Source: Balanoglossus misakiensis (lineage: Eukaryota > Animalia > Hemichordata). From it: a DNA stretch of 64,000 nt. Positions 1-12,892 of the stretch are shown here, one piece after another. Under the pieces are notes generated by a model that was not told the origin of the DNA, searched no databases, and was given only the letters and a program-made list of their open reading frames with translations. The position numbers and the translations under genes are program-made. The stretch lies in contig CM082590.2 in the NCBI GenBank assembly GCA_040954595.2, positions 4,340,001-4,404,000 on the forward strand, read 5' to 3'. How positions within the stretch are numbered: the first letter of the stretch is position 1; every line of letters starts with the position of its first letter.

Positions 1-221
1 GCGCGTGGTGTTGATACCAAATTCAAGTCTGGTTTATTGTAACTTTACGCAAGCTATATATACATGTTTGTGAACCTTGACTTTTGTTCACACCTGATAC
101 CGGGAGATTCACACTTGACAGTGGGCTCAAGTTTGGTGACTGACTTATTCCCTGCTTGCTGTGTGTATATGTGTGCAAGTGGAAGAGGGGGTGGGGGTGC
201 CTGCATGCATGCTGTACTTAC

Positions 222-3200
222 CCAATTCTTCAATTTCAATGTGTGTCAATTTTCTGCTGTGGGAATACTTGTTGTGGCAGTTTGCAAACTCCGTGAACAG
301 TGTTTGGTGTTTGTGTACTATTTCCCGGGCTTTTGGGAGCAACTCTGGGCATACTTGCTCAGTCACATTAACAACACTGTTGCATAGTAGATTCACATTT
401 TGTGGCTGAAAAATAGGCAGTCCAATCATTAATCTTTTCATTCACAGGGCAAGTATAATGTTTGTTTTTTTCACTATGAATTATGCCTGTATTTCAAGAC
501 TGTAACTGATTAACTATATCAAATACTAAACACTTACATTTAACTAAAATCAAAGAATGTTATAAATGTTCTGTGAATTAAAATTTCATTTGATTAATGT
601 ATTTATTAATTCAACCTTCGGTCACTCACCAACTAGAAAAATATTGTTAAACATCATATCCAACCTAAAAATAAAAAAAAAACTAACAGAAAAATGAAAA
701 ATAAAGATAAAATGTCCAAGGGAACTTGGCTATATATCAACTTTCAGAACAATTTATTACACAATTAGGGCAAACAAACTTCAACAACTTCATGCATGGC
801 AATTAAGTAACCATAACAATTATTCTTACACAGACCTTGCAGCATCGGTTTACATGATTGCCTATGAATGACTGACTATGGTAGGCTTGCAAATAGACAT
901 TGATAGAAGCAAGTGCTACTTCAAGTCCCCTATGCAAGTATCCAGCTTGACGGGGAAGCTTTTTCTGCAACGTTACAATTTCTGCAGCCTAAAAGTTAAA
1001 CACACCCAATGATTACATTCAAATGAAAAATTAGTCATGTTATACCTGAAAAGAAGACAAATCACATTTTTTTATAAATCAGTACCAAATATGATAATGC
1101 ATTCACCTTTTTATCTGCAATATCAGAGAGTTTCTTTCTTTTACGTTCCATATGTTTTACTTGTCCAAGTGTTGGTGGCCAGTCCTCATCATCACTATCA
1201 TCATCACTAGTATCAGTGAAGGCAGCTTCAATGTGGGATGTCAGTAAATCATACTCAACATGTATTTCATTAATCTCTGAATTGAGGCGAGATATCTTCG
1301 AAATGTGACTGACATATTCATCAAAGTGGGCAGGTTTCATGACTGGCACATCTATTTCCTCCCCCGCCCCCACTAAACGAGTGAAGATTTCGGCATCAAG
1401 TAGATGACAAGAATTCTGCAGGAGACGAAAGAGCCTCTGAAATATGCCCAGGGAGATGTGCAAAACTGGAATCGAAACCTATGAGAGAAATTAAGCATAA
1501 CACATTAATTACGACTTCTTGTTTTTATCTGAAATGAAGATAGAGAAAAATGAAATTGATACATCTATGAAGAACATACCCTACACAGTGGAATTCTAAA
1601 CATTTGATCCCTGACGCAATTGTAATACTCTTTAGCTTGAGTAAGGACCTTCCCTGCACTGACAAAATTATTGTGTGCATCTCTGATTGACTCTAGTGTT
1701 CTTGGTGGAATATCCGGCCGCTCTTCTGGTGGTAGCTTTGCTTGCTCTTTTGTGGTCAGACACCACAGGCAATAGTATCGTCCTGTTGATGAAACAAGGA
1801 AAAAAGACTGCCGACACATTCTATTAAAAAAAATGACATGCAAATATTTAGAAACATGTTACAATCAAAAGAATCAGCATGCAGCACATACCACTTGGAC
1901 CAGACAATCCGTACATCTTCACCAGAAATTCATAGTCACCTGCAAGCCAAACAAGAACTTGTGCATCTCTGTGGACAAAAAAATAAATACATAAAAACAA
2001 ATGAGTATCAATGTTACCTTTCTACCTTATTTTCTATCTGTCTGTCCCCTCATTTTACGTCCCAGGCTTTTCTTTCTGCCCCCGTCTCTTTGTTTCACTT
2101 TGATCTGTTGTCAGTGTATCCAATTGTGTTCTATTTTAATTTCAGTCTCTTTGTGTCTGTCTTCCTTCAGTTCCATTTGTCTGTTGTGTCAGTCTCTCTC
2201 TTTTTGCTAACAGAGATACATGTACTATGATTAATGCTTACTTCCACCTTAGACCATTTAGTGAGTCAACTTGCCCACTGTTTAACTTCATGGCAGTGTT
2301 TAGGTTGGTCAATTTATCCGGAGCTTCAAAAACACTCCAACATACAGTGTTGTTGATGCTGTTGAGGTGATCCACATTCATTATCTCAAATGCCCATTTC
2401 ATGGAACCACCACCATGGTCACCTCCAATCTTTACCCAGACTTCAGAAGATGGAATAAGACCATCATGCCAGGTCAGTTTCTGTAGTCTAAAGAGAGAAA
2501 AACTGGCTCAACCCTTAAATCAAAACCATGCAGCTTTACCAAGGATGTACCTCCAGGCGATACATGTGACCTTACATATTACAATGAAAAAAAATTAAGG
2601 TGTGCTAATGCATGTTTTCCTATTCAACAAGAAAAATTTGTGAAAACTCACCACAGTGATAAGGAGATAGAAATACAAGTCTTAAAAGGCAAGCTGCTAT
2701 TGTACAAAGCCAGCCAGTTATGAAACACACAATCAACTATCTATAAAGTCAATAATCAGTAAAACCAAACAAATCTTACCTGTCTAGGGTATCAAGTCTA
2801 CCTATTACTGTTTCAACAAGATTAGATACAGCTACACATGGTGCCAGCCGTATTTCACTAAGTTTACCACTACCCGTACCATTTACTGTAAATGCGAAGG
2901 GTAGGTTCTTCATTTGGAGCTGAATCTCGAGTGACTTCATTCTCTCACGGTCTTTGTTTTCTCCTTCGAGTCGAATATTCCACATTCTTAGCCATCTGCA
3001 TTTGAAATGAAACTTCATATTTGATGAAACCTACAATCAGTGACCTAAGTGATTAATGTAGCACAGCTAGCTGACAGTTTAAGAAGTTTGAAATTTAACA
3101 ACATAAAACCTCATTCTTTTAAAGCATAGAGATTATAATAAAATGTGATAATTTTTAGTTAATCATGCAGAATATCTCAGACAGCTATTGTAATTGCTAA

Positions 3201-4938
3201 TAGGTATATATGATATTGTTGTTAAAACATCAATAAAACATGACCATTATTGCATAAAGAACAGATAGAAATGAAAGCTGCGAGCAGCATTGTCGGGCCC
3301 AAGCGCTGATCTCGAATTATATATGCACAGTATGAATGAGAAGAAACAGAATTTTCTATCGGGTGTATTATCTCATGACATAACAAGGACTTACCTTCTT
3401 ATTTTCCGCATGGTTGACCAGGTGACCCCAACATCACTCTTTAAGAGAAGTCCAGCACCAGGTGGAATATCTGGACTGAGGCCGAGAGAAGATAGCAGGG
3501 ATTCTTTTTCCTCCTTCTTCATCCTTTGAATTTCATTTCCTGTCTGAATGTGTGCTGATTTACCACCACCGCTTACTTGGTGCCTCACTTCAGATAAGCA
3601 TTTTGATCTTAAGACCAGAGTTTGCTTTGAACACTCAGAACTTTCTTTCCTTGGCTTCCGAATTTTGGACAGCATAATTGGCTGCAAGTACACAAAATAT
3701 CTTAAGTTTCTACAAGTATCGTCTACGCATCAATTTAAGTTATATTACACTGATGTAGCAGTACGGTTATAACTAACAAAATCAATAATTGTTCCCCCTA
3801 GTCAAATCAAAAGTAAATACTCAAGGGTGAATTATTTTTAAGACAAGAATAAAGGAAGAAGTATACTCACTTGACCACCTGTTTTGAATTTAATTAAACC
3901 ACTTGATTCAAATTCCAGCTTCTTCTTGACAATAGTTGTGGCGAGTTGTTCAAACATTGGCAGAGTGTGGATATCGGCTGATGTCTGCAGTAACGTTTTA
4001 GCGGCTTGAACAGGGGTTACTTCAGGTTTGCCAATCCCTTCATTTATTTGTGATTGTTGGGGACTGGGATTATCAATACTGACCTGTCCCTTGTTGACAC
4101 GCATGTTGAAGGGGCATGGTGAGGCATAATTATGTTCCTTGGCGATAGTTTTGAAGGCACATTGATTTGTGTGAGAGCAAAGGTCTTGTAGTGGCACAAC
4201 TTCTGAACAACCAGCATTTGCAAAGTCACACACAATATTTAGAGACGACAGCATATTTGACAATACTAATGGGACACTGACAATATCACCTGGCATAATA
4301 CGTAGGCGACAGATGGGGCATGTGGTTGATTCTTCAAACCACTTACATAAACAAGTAGAACAAAAAACATGGGGCCCACTACACAGAAGTTGAACTGGCT
4401 CGTCAACAACATCTCGGCAAACTGGACATTCAAAATCTTGACTCGCAGAGGAAAAGCGTGACCTTGACAAGTTTAATGCAGACCTTAGCTTCTTGCCAGC
4501 TTTCTGCTGTACAGCAAGGATAATGTTTTCTGATTGTATATGTCCTTGGTCTCCATCAAGTTTTTTGGTTTGTGTAATTGGAGGTCTTCCCCGGTTTTTT
4601 GCTGCTTTCCGCTTTCGTCCACTTTTGCAAAGAGTACACACACTGCATTCACCAATTCTCGGATGTTTTTTCCAACCAGTTAACTGTACCCCATGATTGT
4701 ACTGTTTACCTGTTTCTTTTGCCTTTGTAATAGATGTTATAAGCCGCTTGCAGTTACTACAGAAATGGGTTGGGTGAATGCCAGGGTCATCCGTTGAAAT
4801 ATCTATTCCAAAACATTCACCTAAAGCGTCTCCAAAATTTGCGCACAGAAATGGCTTCTCTGCAAATTTACGGCTGCAAATCCAACATCTATTCAGCAAA
4901 ATGTTATTGTGGAACTCGAGAGATTTCCGCCCGGTCAT
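222..4938 (-). CDS. RAG1L: RAG1-like / Transib-superfamily DDE transposase, multi-exon, 3' end outside the window
   Basis: Exons spliced by hand (GT-AG, phases compatible, no internal stops): 4938-3871, 3681-3395, 2995-2780, 2487-2242, 1968-1892, 1782-1580, 1478-1107, 988-836, 405-222; about 935 aa. Motifs: CWIC...GIDISTDDPGIHPTHFCSNC (RAG1 CND-like); C3HC4 RING CPVC..CSGPHVFCSTC..CPIC; ZnA CDFANAGC..H; KIGGDHGGGS (D600-like); LAGDYEFL..MYGLSGPSGRYYCLWC (D708 plus CxxC); PVLHISLG (RAG1 LHCDIG-like); FIGNH. Confidence 0.85.
3271..3390 (+). mobile_element. 5' fragment of a Helentron-associated (HINE/DINE-1-like) element in a RAG1L intron
   Basis: aaagctgcgagcagcattgtcgggcccaagc is nearly identical to the 5' end of the element at 34173 (aaagctgcaagcagcattgtccgggcccaagc); looser similarity continues about 100 bp. 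Confidence 0.7.
3871..4938 (-). CDS. RAG1L: First coding exon of the RAG1-like gene: N-terminal Cys/His domain, RING finger and ZnA
   Basis: Lies in ORF 3838..5010; first ATG at 4938 (MTGRKSLEFH); donor GTGAGT follows ...KTGGQ at 3870. Confidence 0.85.
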
Positions 4939-5559
4939 CGTACTGGCTGCAGCACCCGACAAATGTGCAGACGACAACGTAGTTCGATCAAATTTGGCGC
5001 CAGTGTACACGTAAACAATACAGTAACCATGGGCACGGTCAGCTTAAGGGGTCATCGAAGCATCGAACCACACAACACATGCCGTTCAAAAAAAAAACCC
5101 AAAGCAAGGAAAAAACACCCCGACAAAATCATCACACTCAAAACACAAAATATTCGACAACGAACACATAAAAATCGGTTTGATTAAAATATAATTCGAT
5201 TTTCGATGTTATCTTAGCTGTAAATTACAGTTCACAAAAACGGGATTCGATGCTGTTCACTCGCCATTGTTTACATGTCGATTGCAAACGTACCTGCGTC
5301 ATGATCCAAATGTCTTCCAAATCACGCGGCAAGATCCATATAAACTCCAAAATATTACAGTTTATGCGATAAAAAAGCATATTTCTCGAGTACGAACTCG
5401 CAAAAATATCGGAAACGGCTATATTCAGTGACGTTTTTCACTGATGGCCATGCATTCGCAGGGCGCGCACATGTTGATCTCGCAAAGTCTCGCCATATCA
5501 CGCAATGGAACGTGAAGAAAATGGCTGTTGTTTTGTTATTTATTTCCTCCAACTAAGTA

Positions 5560-5594
5560 GGGCCTGCCGCTATGGCTAAAACGCTTGTGAGGCA
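5560..5594 (-). other. Candidate transposon terminus (5'-CACAAGCG...) of the RAG1L element, with putative 5 bp TSD half-site AGGCA
   Basis: Unique sequence ends in ...acgcttGTG exactly at 5589, where the satellite starts mid-monomer (aggcatatgtgcataag). RAG/Transib ends begin with CAC. Confidence 0.4.
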
Positions 5595-8500
5595 TATGTG
5601 CATAAGAAAGTTTTCCACTATAGACTCTGTAGATCGAGAGATAGTTCTAAAATTTCCATGGTTGCTTCCAAACACAGCCTCATTTGTTTACAAAACTCTG
5701 TTGTGATGCGCAGAACACATATATAGGCCTATGCGCATAAGAACGTTTTCCACCAGACTCTGTAGATCGACGGATAGCTGTAAAATTTCCGTGTTTGCTT
5801 CCAAACAGCCTCGTTTATTTACGGAATTCTGTGTTGAGGCACAGAACACATAGATAGGCATTTGTACATAAGAAAGTTTTCCACTATAGACTCTGTAGAT
5901 CGAGAGATAGTTCTAAAATTTTCATGGTTGCTTCCAAACACAGCCTCGTTTGTTTACAAAATTCTGTTGTGATGCGCAGAACACATATATAGGCCTATGC
6001 GCATAAGAACGTTTTCCACTAGACTCTGTAGATCGACGGATAGTTGTAAAATTTCCATGGTTGCTTCCAAACAGCCTCGTTTCTTTACCGATTTCTGTTG
6101 TGAGGCGCAGAACACATGATAGGCCTATGCGCATTAGAAATTTTTCCACTGGACTCTGTAGATCGAGAGATAGTTATAAAATTTCCATGGTTGCTTCCAA
6201 ACACTGCCTCGTTTGTTTTCAACATTTTGTTGTGATGCGCAGAACACATAGATAGGCCTATGCGCATAAGAACGTTTTCCACTAGACTCTGTAGATCGAC
6301 GGATAGTTGTAAAATTCCCATGGTTGCTTCCAAACAGCCTCGTTTATTTACCGAATTTTGTTGTGAGGCGCAGAACACATGATAGGCCTATGCGCATAAG
6401 ACATTTTTCCACTAGACTCTGTAGATCGACGGATAGTTCTAAAATTTCCATGGTTGCTTCCAAACAGCCTCGTTTATTTACCGAATTCTGTTGTGAGGCG
6501 CAGAACACGTAATATTCCTATGCGCATAAGAAAGTTTTCCACCAGACTCTGTAGATCGACGGATAGTTCTAAAATTTCCATGGTTGCTTCAAAACACAGC
6601 CTCGTTTGTTTACAAAACTCTGTTGTGATGCGCAGAACACATATATAGGCCTATGCGCAAAAGAACGTTTTCCACTAGACTCTGTAGATCGACGGATAGC
6701 TGTAAAATTTCCATGTTTGCTTCCAAACAGCCTCGTTTATTTACGGAATTCTGTTGTGATGCGCATAACACATAGATAGGCCTATGCGCATAAGAAACTT
6801 TTCAACTTTAGATCAACGGATAGTTCTAAAATTTCCATGGTTGTTTCCAAACTGCCTCGTTTATTTACCGAATTCTGTTGTGAGGCGCAGAACACATAGA
6901 TAGGCCTATGCGCATATGAACGTTTTCCACTATACTCTGTAGATCGAGAGATAGTTCTAAAATTTCCATGTTTGCTTCCAAACAGCCTCGTTTATTTACG
7001 GAATTCTGTTTTGAGGCGCAGAACACATAGATAGGCATATGTGCATAAGAAAGTTTTCCACTATAGACTCTGTAGATCGAGAGATAGTTCTAAAATTTCC
7101 ATGGTTGCTTCCAAACACAGCCTCGTTTGTTTACAAAATTCTGTTGTGATGCGCAGAACACATATATAGGCCTATGCGCATAAGAACGTTTTCCACTAGA
7201 CTCTGTAGATCCACGGATAGCTGTAAAATTTCCATGGTTGCTTCCAAACTGCCTCGTTTATTTACCGATTTCGGTTGTGAGGCGCAGAACACATGATAGG
7301 CCTATGCGCATAACACATTTTTCCACTAGACTCTGTAGATCGACGGATAGTTCTAAAATTTCCATGGTTGCTTCCAAACAGCCTCGTTTATTTACCGAAT
7401 TCTGTTGTGAGGCGCAGAACACGTAATAGGCCTATGCGCATTAGAAAGTTTTCCACCAGACTCTGTAGATCGACGGATAGTTCTAAAATTTCCATGGTTG
7501 CTTCCAAACAGCCTCGTTTATTTACCGAATTCTGTTGTGAGGCGCAGAACACGTAATAGGCCTATGCGCATAAGAAACTTTTCAACTTTAGATCAACGGA
7601 TAGTTCTAAAATTTCCATGGTTGCTTACAAACAAAGCCTCGTTTGTTTACAAAATTCTGTTGTGATGCGCAGAACACATAGATAGGCCTATGCGCATATG
7701 AACGTTTTCCACTATACTCTGTTGATCGAGAGATAGTTCTAAAATTTCCATGTTTGCTTCCAAACAGCCTTGTTTATTTACGGAATTCTGTTTTGAGGCG
7801 CAAAACACATAGATAGGCATATGTGCATAAGAAAGTTTTCCACTATAGACTCTGTAGATCGAGAGATAGTTCTAAAATTTCCATGGTTGCTTCCAAACAC
7901 AGCCTCGTTTGTTTACCGATTTCTGTTGTGATGCGCATAACACATAGATAGACCTATGTGCATAAGAACGCTTTCCACTAGACTCTGTAGATCGAGAGAT
8001 AGTTCTAAAATTTCCATGGTTGCTTCCAAACAGCCTCGTTTGTTTACAAAATTCTGTTGTGATGCGCAGAACACATATATAGGCCTATGCGCATAAGAAC
8101 GTTTTCCACCAGACTCTGTAGATCGACGGATAGCTGTAAAATTTCCATGTTTGCTTCCAAACAGCCTCGTTTATTTACGGAATTCTGTGTTGAGGCACAG
8201 AACACATAGATAGGCATTTGTACATAAGAAAGTTTTCCACTAAAGACTCTGTAGATCGAGAGATAGTTCTAAAATTTCCATGGTTGCTTCCAAACACAGC
8301 CTCGTTTGTTTACAAAATTCTGTTGTGATGCGCAGAAAACATATATAGGCCTATGCGCATAAGAACGTTTTCCACTAGACTCTGTAGATCGACGGATAGT
8401 TGTAAAATTTCCATGGTTGCTTCCAAACAGCCTCGTTTCTTTACCGATTTCTGTTGTGAGGCGCAGAACACATGATAGGCCTATGCGCATTAGAAATTTT

Positions 8501-11500
8501 TCCTCTGGACTCTGTAGATCGAGAGATAGTTCTAAAATTTCCATGGTTGCTTCCAAACACTGCCTCGTTTGTTTTCAACATTTTGTTGTGATGCGCAGAA
8601 CACATAGATAGGCCTATGCGTATAAGAACGTTTTCCACTAGAATCTGTAGATCGACGGATAGCTGTAAAATTTCCATGGTTGCTTCCAAACAGCCTCGTT
8701 TATTTACGGAATTCTGTTTTGAGGCGCAGAACACATAGATAGGCATATTTGCATAAGAAAGTTTTCCACTATAGACTCTGTAGATCGAGAGATAGTTCTA
8801 AAATTTCCATGGTTTCTTCCAAACACAGCCTCGTTTGTTTACAAAATTCTGTTGTGATGCGCAGAACACATATATAGGCCTATGCGCGTAATAACGTTTT
8901 CCACTAGACTCTGTAGATCGACGGATAGTTGTAAAATTCCCATGGCTGCTTCCAAACAGCCTCGTTTATTTACCGAATTCTGTTGTGAGGCGCAGAACAC
9001 ATGATAGGCCTATGCGCATAAGACATTTTTCCACTAGACTCTGTAGATCGACGGATAGTTCTAAAATTTCCATGGTTGCTTCCAAACAGCCTCGTTTATT
9101 TACCGAATTCTGTTGTGAGGCGCAGAACACGTAATATTCCTATGCGCATAAGAAAGTTTTCCACCAGACTCTGTAGATCGACGGATAGTTGTAAAATTTC
9201 CATGGTTGCTTCAAAACACAGCCTCGTTTGTTTACCGAATTCTGTAGTGATGCGCAGAACACATATATAGGCCTATGCGCAAAAGAACGTTTTCCACTAG
9301 ACTCTGTAGATCGACGGATAGCTGTAAAATTTCCATGTTTGCTTCCAAACAGCCTCGTTTATTTACGGAATTCTGTTGTGATGCGCATAACACATAGATA
9401 GGCCTATGCGCATAAGAAACTTTTCAACTTTAGTTCAACGGATAGTTCTAAAATTTCCATGGTTGTTTCCAAACTGCCTCGTTTATTTACCGAATTCTGT
9501 TGTGAGGCGCAGAACACATAGATAGGCCTATGCGCATATGAACGTTTTCCACTATACTCTGTAGATCGAGAGATAGTTCTAAAATTTCCATGTTTGCTTC
9601 CAAACAGCCTCGTTTATTTACGGAATTCTGTTTTGAGGCGCAGAACACATAGATAGGCATATGTGCATAAGAAAGTTTTCCACTATAGACTCTGTAGATC
9701 GAGAGATAGTTCTAAAATTTCCATGGTTGCTTCCAAACACAGCCTCGTTTGTTTACAAAATTCTGTTGTGATGCGCAGAACACATATATAGGCCCATGCG
9801 CATAAGAACGTTTTCCACTAGACTCTGTAGATCCACGGATAGCTGTAAAATTTCCATGGTTGCTTCCAAACACTGCCTCGTTTGTTTTCAACATTTTGTT
9901 GTGATGCGCAGAACACATAGATAGGCCTATGCGTATAAGAACGTTTTCCACTAGAATCTGTAGATCGACGGATAGCTGTAAAATTTCCATGGTTGCTTCC
10001 AAACAGCCTCGTTTATTTACGGAATTCTGTTTTGAGGCGCAGAACACATAGATAGGCATATTTGCATAAGAAAGTTTTCCACTATAGACTCTGTAGATCG
10101 AGAGATAGTTCTAAAATTTCCATGGTTTCTTCCAAACACAGCCTCGTTTGTTTACAAAATTCTGTTGTGATGCGCAGAACACATATATAGGCCTATGCGC
10201 GTAATAACGTTTTCCACTAGACTCTGTAGATCGACGGATAGTTGTAAAATTCCCATGGCTGCTTCCAAACAGCCTCGTTTATTTACCGAATTCTGTTGTG
10301 AGGCGCAGAACACATGATAGGCCTATGCGCATAAGACATTTTTCCACTAGACTCTGTAGATCGACGGATAGTTCTAAAATTTCCATGGTTGCTTCCAAAC
10401 AGCCTCGTTTATTTACCGAATTCTGTTGTGAGGCGCAGAACACGTAATATTCCTATGCGCATAAGAAAGTTTTCCACCAGACTCTGTAGATCGACGGATA
10501 GTTGTAAAATTTCCATGGTTGCTTCAAAACACAGCCTCGTTTGTTTACCGAATTCTGTAGTGATGCGCAGAACACATATATAGGCCTATGCGCAAAAGAA
10601 CGTTTTCCACTAGACTCTGTAGATCGACGGATAGCTGTAAAATTTCCATGTTTGCTTCCAAACAGCCTCGTTTATTTACGGAATTCTGTTGTGATGCGCA
10701 TAACACATAGATAGGCCTATGCGCATAAGAAACTTTTCAACTTTAGTTCAACGGATAGTTCTAAAATTTCCATGGTTGTTTCCAAACTGCCTCGTTTATT
10801 TACCGAATTCTGTTGTGAGGCGCAGAACACATAGATAGGCCTATGCGCATATGAACGTTTTCCACTATACTCTGTAGATCGAGAGATAGTTCTAAAATTT
10901 CCATGTTTGCTTCCAAACAGCCTCGTTTATTTACGGAATTCTGTTTTGAGGCGCAGAACACATAGATAGGCATATGTGCATAAGAAAGTTTTCCACTATA
11001 GACTCTGTAGATCGAGAGATAGTTCTAAAATTTCCATGGTTGCTTCCAAACACAGCCTCGTTTGTTTACAAAATTCTGTTGTGATGCGCAGAACACATAT
11101 ATAGGCCTATGCGCATAAGAACGTTTTCCACTAGACTCTGTAGATCCACGGATAGCTGTAAAATTTCCATGGTTGCTTCCAAACTGCCTCGTTTATTTAC
11201 CGATTTCTGTTGTGAGGCGCAGAACACATGATAGGCCTATGCGCATAACACATTTTTCCACTAGACTCTGTAGATCGACGGATAGTTCTAAAATTTCCAT
11301 GGTTGCTTCCAAACAGCCTCGTTTATTTACCGAATTCTGTTGTGAGGCGCAGAACACGTAATAGGCCTATGCGCATTAGAAAGTTTTCCACCAGACTCTG
11401 TAGATCGACGGATAGTTCTAAAATTTCCATGGTTGCTTCCAAACAGCCTCGTTTATTTACCGAATTCTGTTGTGAGGCGCAGAACACGTAATAGGCCTAT

Positions 11501-12892
11501 GCGCATAAGAAACTTTTCAACTTTAGATCAACGGATAGTTCTAAAATTTCCATTGTTGTTTCCAAACAGCCTCGTTTATTTACCGAATTCTGTTGTGATG
11601 CGTAGAACACATACATATGCCTATGCGCATAAGAAAGTTTTCAACTAGACTCCGTAGATCGACGAATAGTTCTAAAATGTCCATGGTTGCTTCCAAACAA
11701 AGCCTCGTTTGTTTACAAAATTCTGTTGTGATGCGCAGAACACATAGATAGGCCTATGCGCATATGAACATTTTCCACTATACTCTGTTGATCGAGAGAT
11801 AGTTCTAAAATTTCCATGTTTGCTTCCAAACAGCCTTGTTTATTTACGGAATTCTGTTTTGAGGCGCAAAACACATAGATAGGCATATGTGCATAAGAAA
11901 GTTTTCCACTATAGACTCTGTAGATCGAGAGATAGTTCAAAAATTTCCATGGTTGCTTCCAAACACAGCCTCGTTTGTTTACCGATTTCTGTTGTGATGC
12001 GCATAACACATATATAGGCCTATGCGCATAAGAACGCTTTCCACTAGACTCTGTAGATCGAGAGATAGTTCTAAAATTTCCATGGTTGCTTCCAAACAGC
12101 CTCGTTTGTTTACAAAATTCTGTTGTGGTGCGCAGAACACATATATAGGCCTATGCGCATAAGAACGTTTTCCACTAGACTCTGTAGATCGACGGATAGC
12201 TGTAAAATTTCCATAGTTGCTTCCAAACAGCCTCATTTATTTACCGATTTCTGTTGTGAGGCGCAGAACACATGATAGGCCTATGCGCATAAGAACGTTT
12301 TCCACTAGACTCTGTAGATCGACGGATAGCTGTAAAATTTCCATGTTTGGTTCCAAACAGCCTCGTTTATTTACGGAATTCTGTTTTGAGGCGCAGAACA
12401 CATAGATAGGCATATGTGCATAAGAAAGTTTTCCACCAGACTCTGTAGATCGACGGATAGTTGTAAAATTTCCATGGTTGCTTCCAAACAGCCTCGTTTA
12501 TTTACCGATTTCTGTTGTGAGGCGCAGAACACATAGATAGGCCTATGCGCATAAGAAACTTTTCAACTTTAGATCAACGGATAGTTCTAAAATTTCCATG
12601 GTTGCTTCCAAACACAGCCTCGTTTGTTTACAAAATTCTGTTGTGATGCGCAGAACACATATATAGGCTTATGCGCATAAGAACGTTTTCCACTAGACTC
12701 TGTAGATCGACGGATAGTTGTAAGATGTCCATGGTTGCTTCCAAATACAGCCTCGTTTCTTTACCGATTTCTGTTGTGAGTCGCATAACACATGATAGGC
12801 CTATGCGCATAAGACATTTTTCCACTAGACTCTGTAGATCGACGGATAGTTCTAAAATTCCATGGCTGCTTCCAAACAGCCTCGTTTATTTA

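Noticed and set aside
54-221. Possible next RAG1L exon (GNKSVTKLEP...)
   Set aside because: Lacks the expected H-x4-H and catalytic Glu motifs and has a weak acceptor; the true exon is probably outside the window.
1584-2658. Perfect RSS heptamers CACAGTG at ~1584 and ~2652 inside the RAG1L gene
   Set aside because: No ACAAAAACC-like nonamer seen at 12 or 23 bp spacing; one lies in a coding exon; expected by chance.
4939-5010. N-terminal extension of ORF 3838..5010
   Set aside because: Starts at GTG, a non-ATG call; the first ATG is at 4938.
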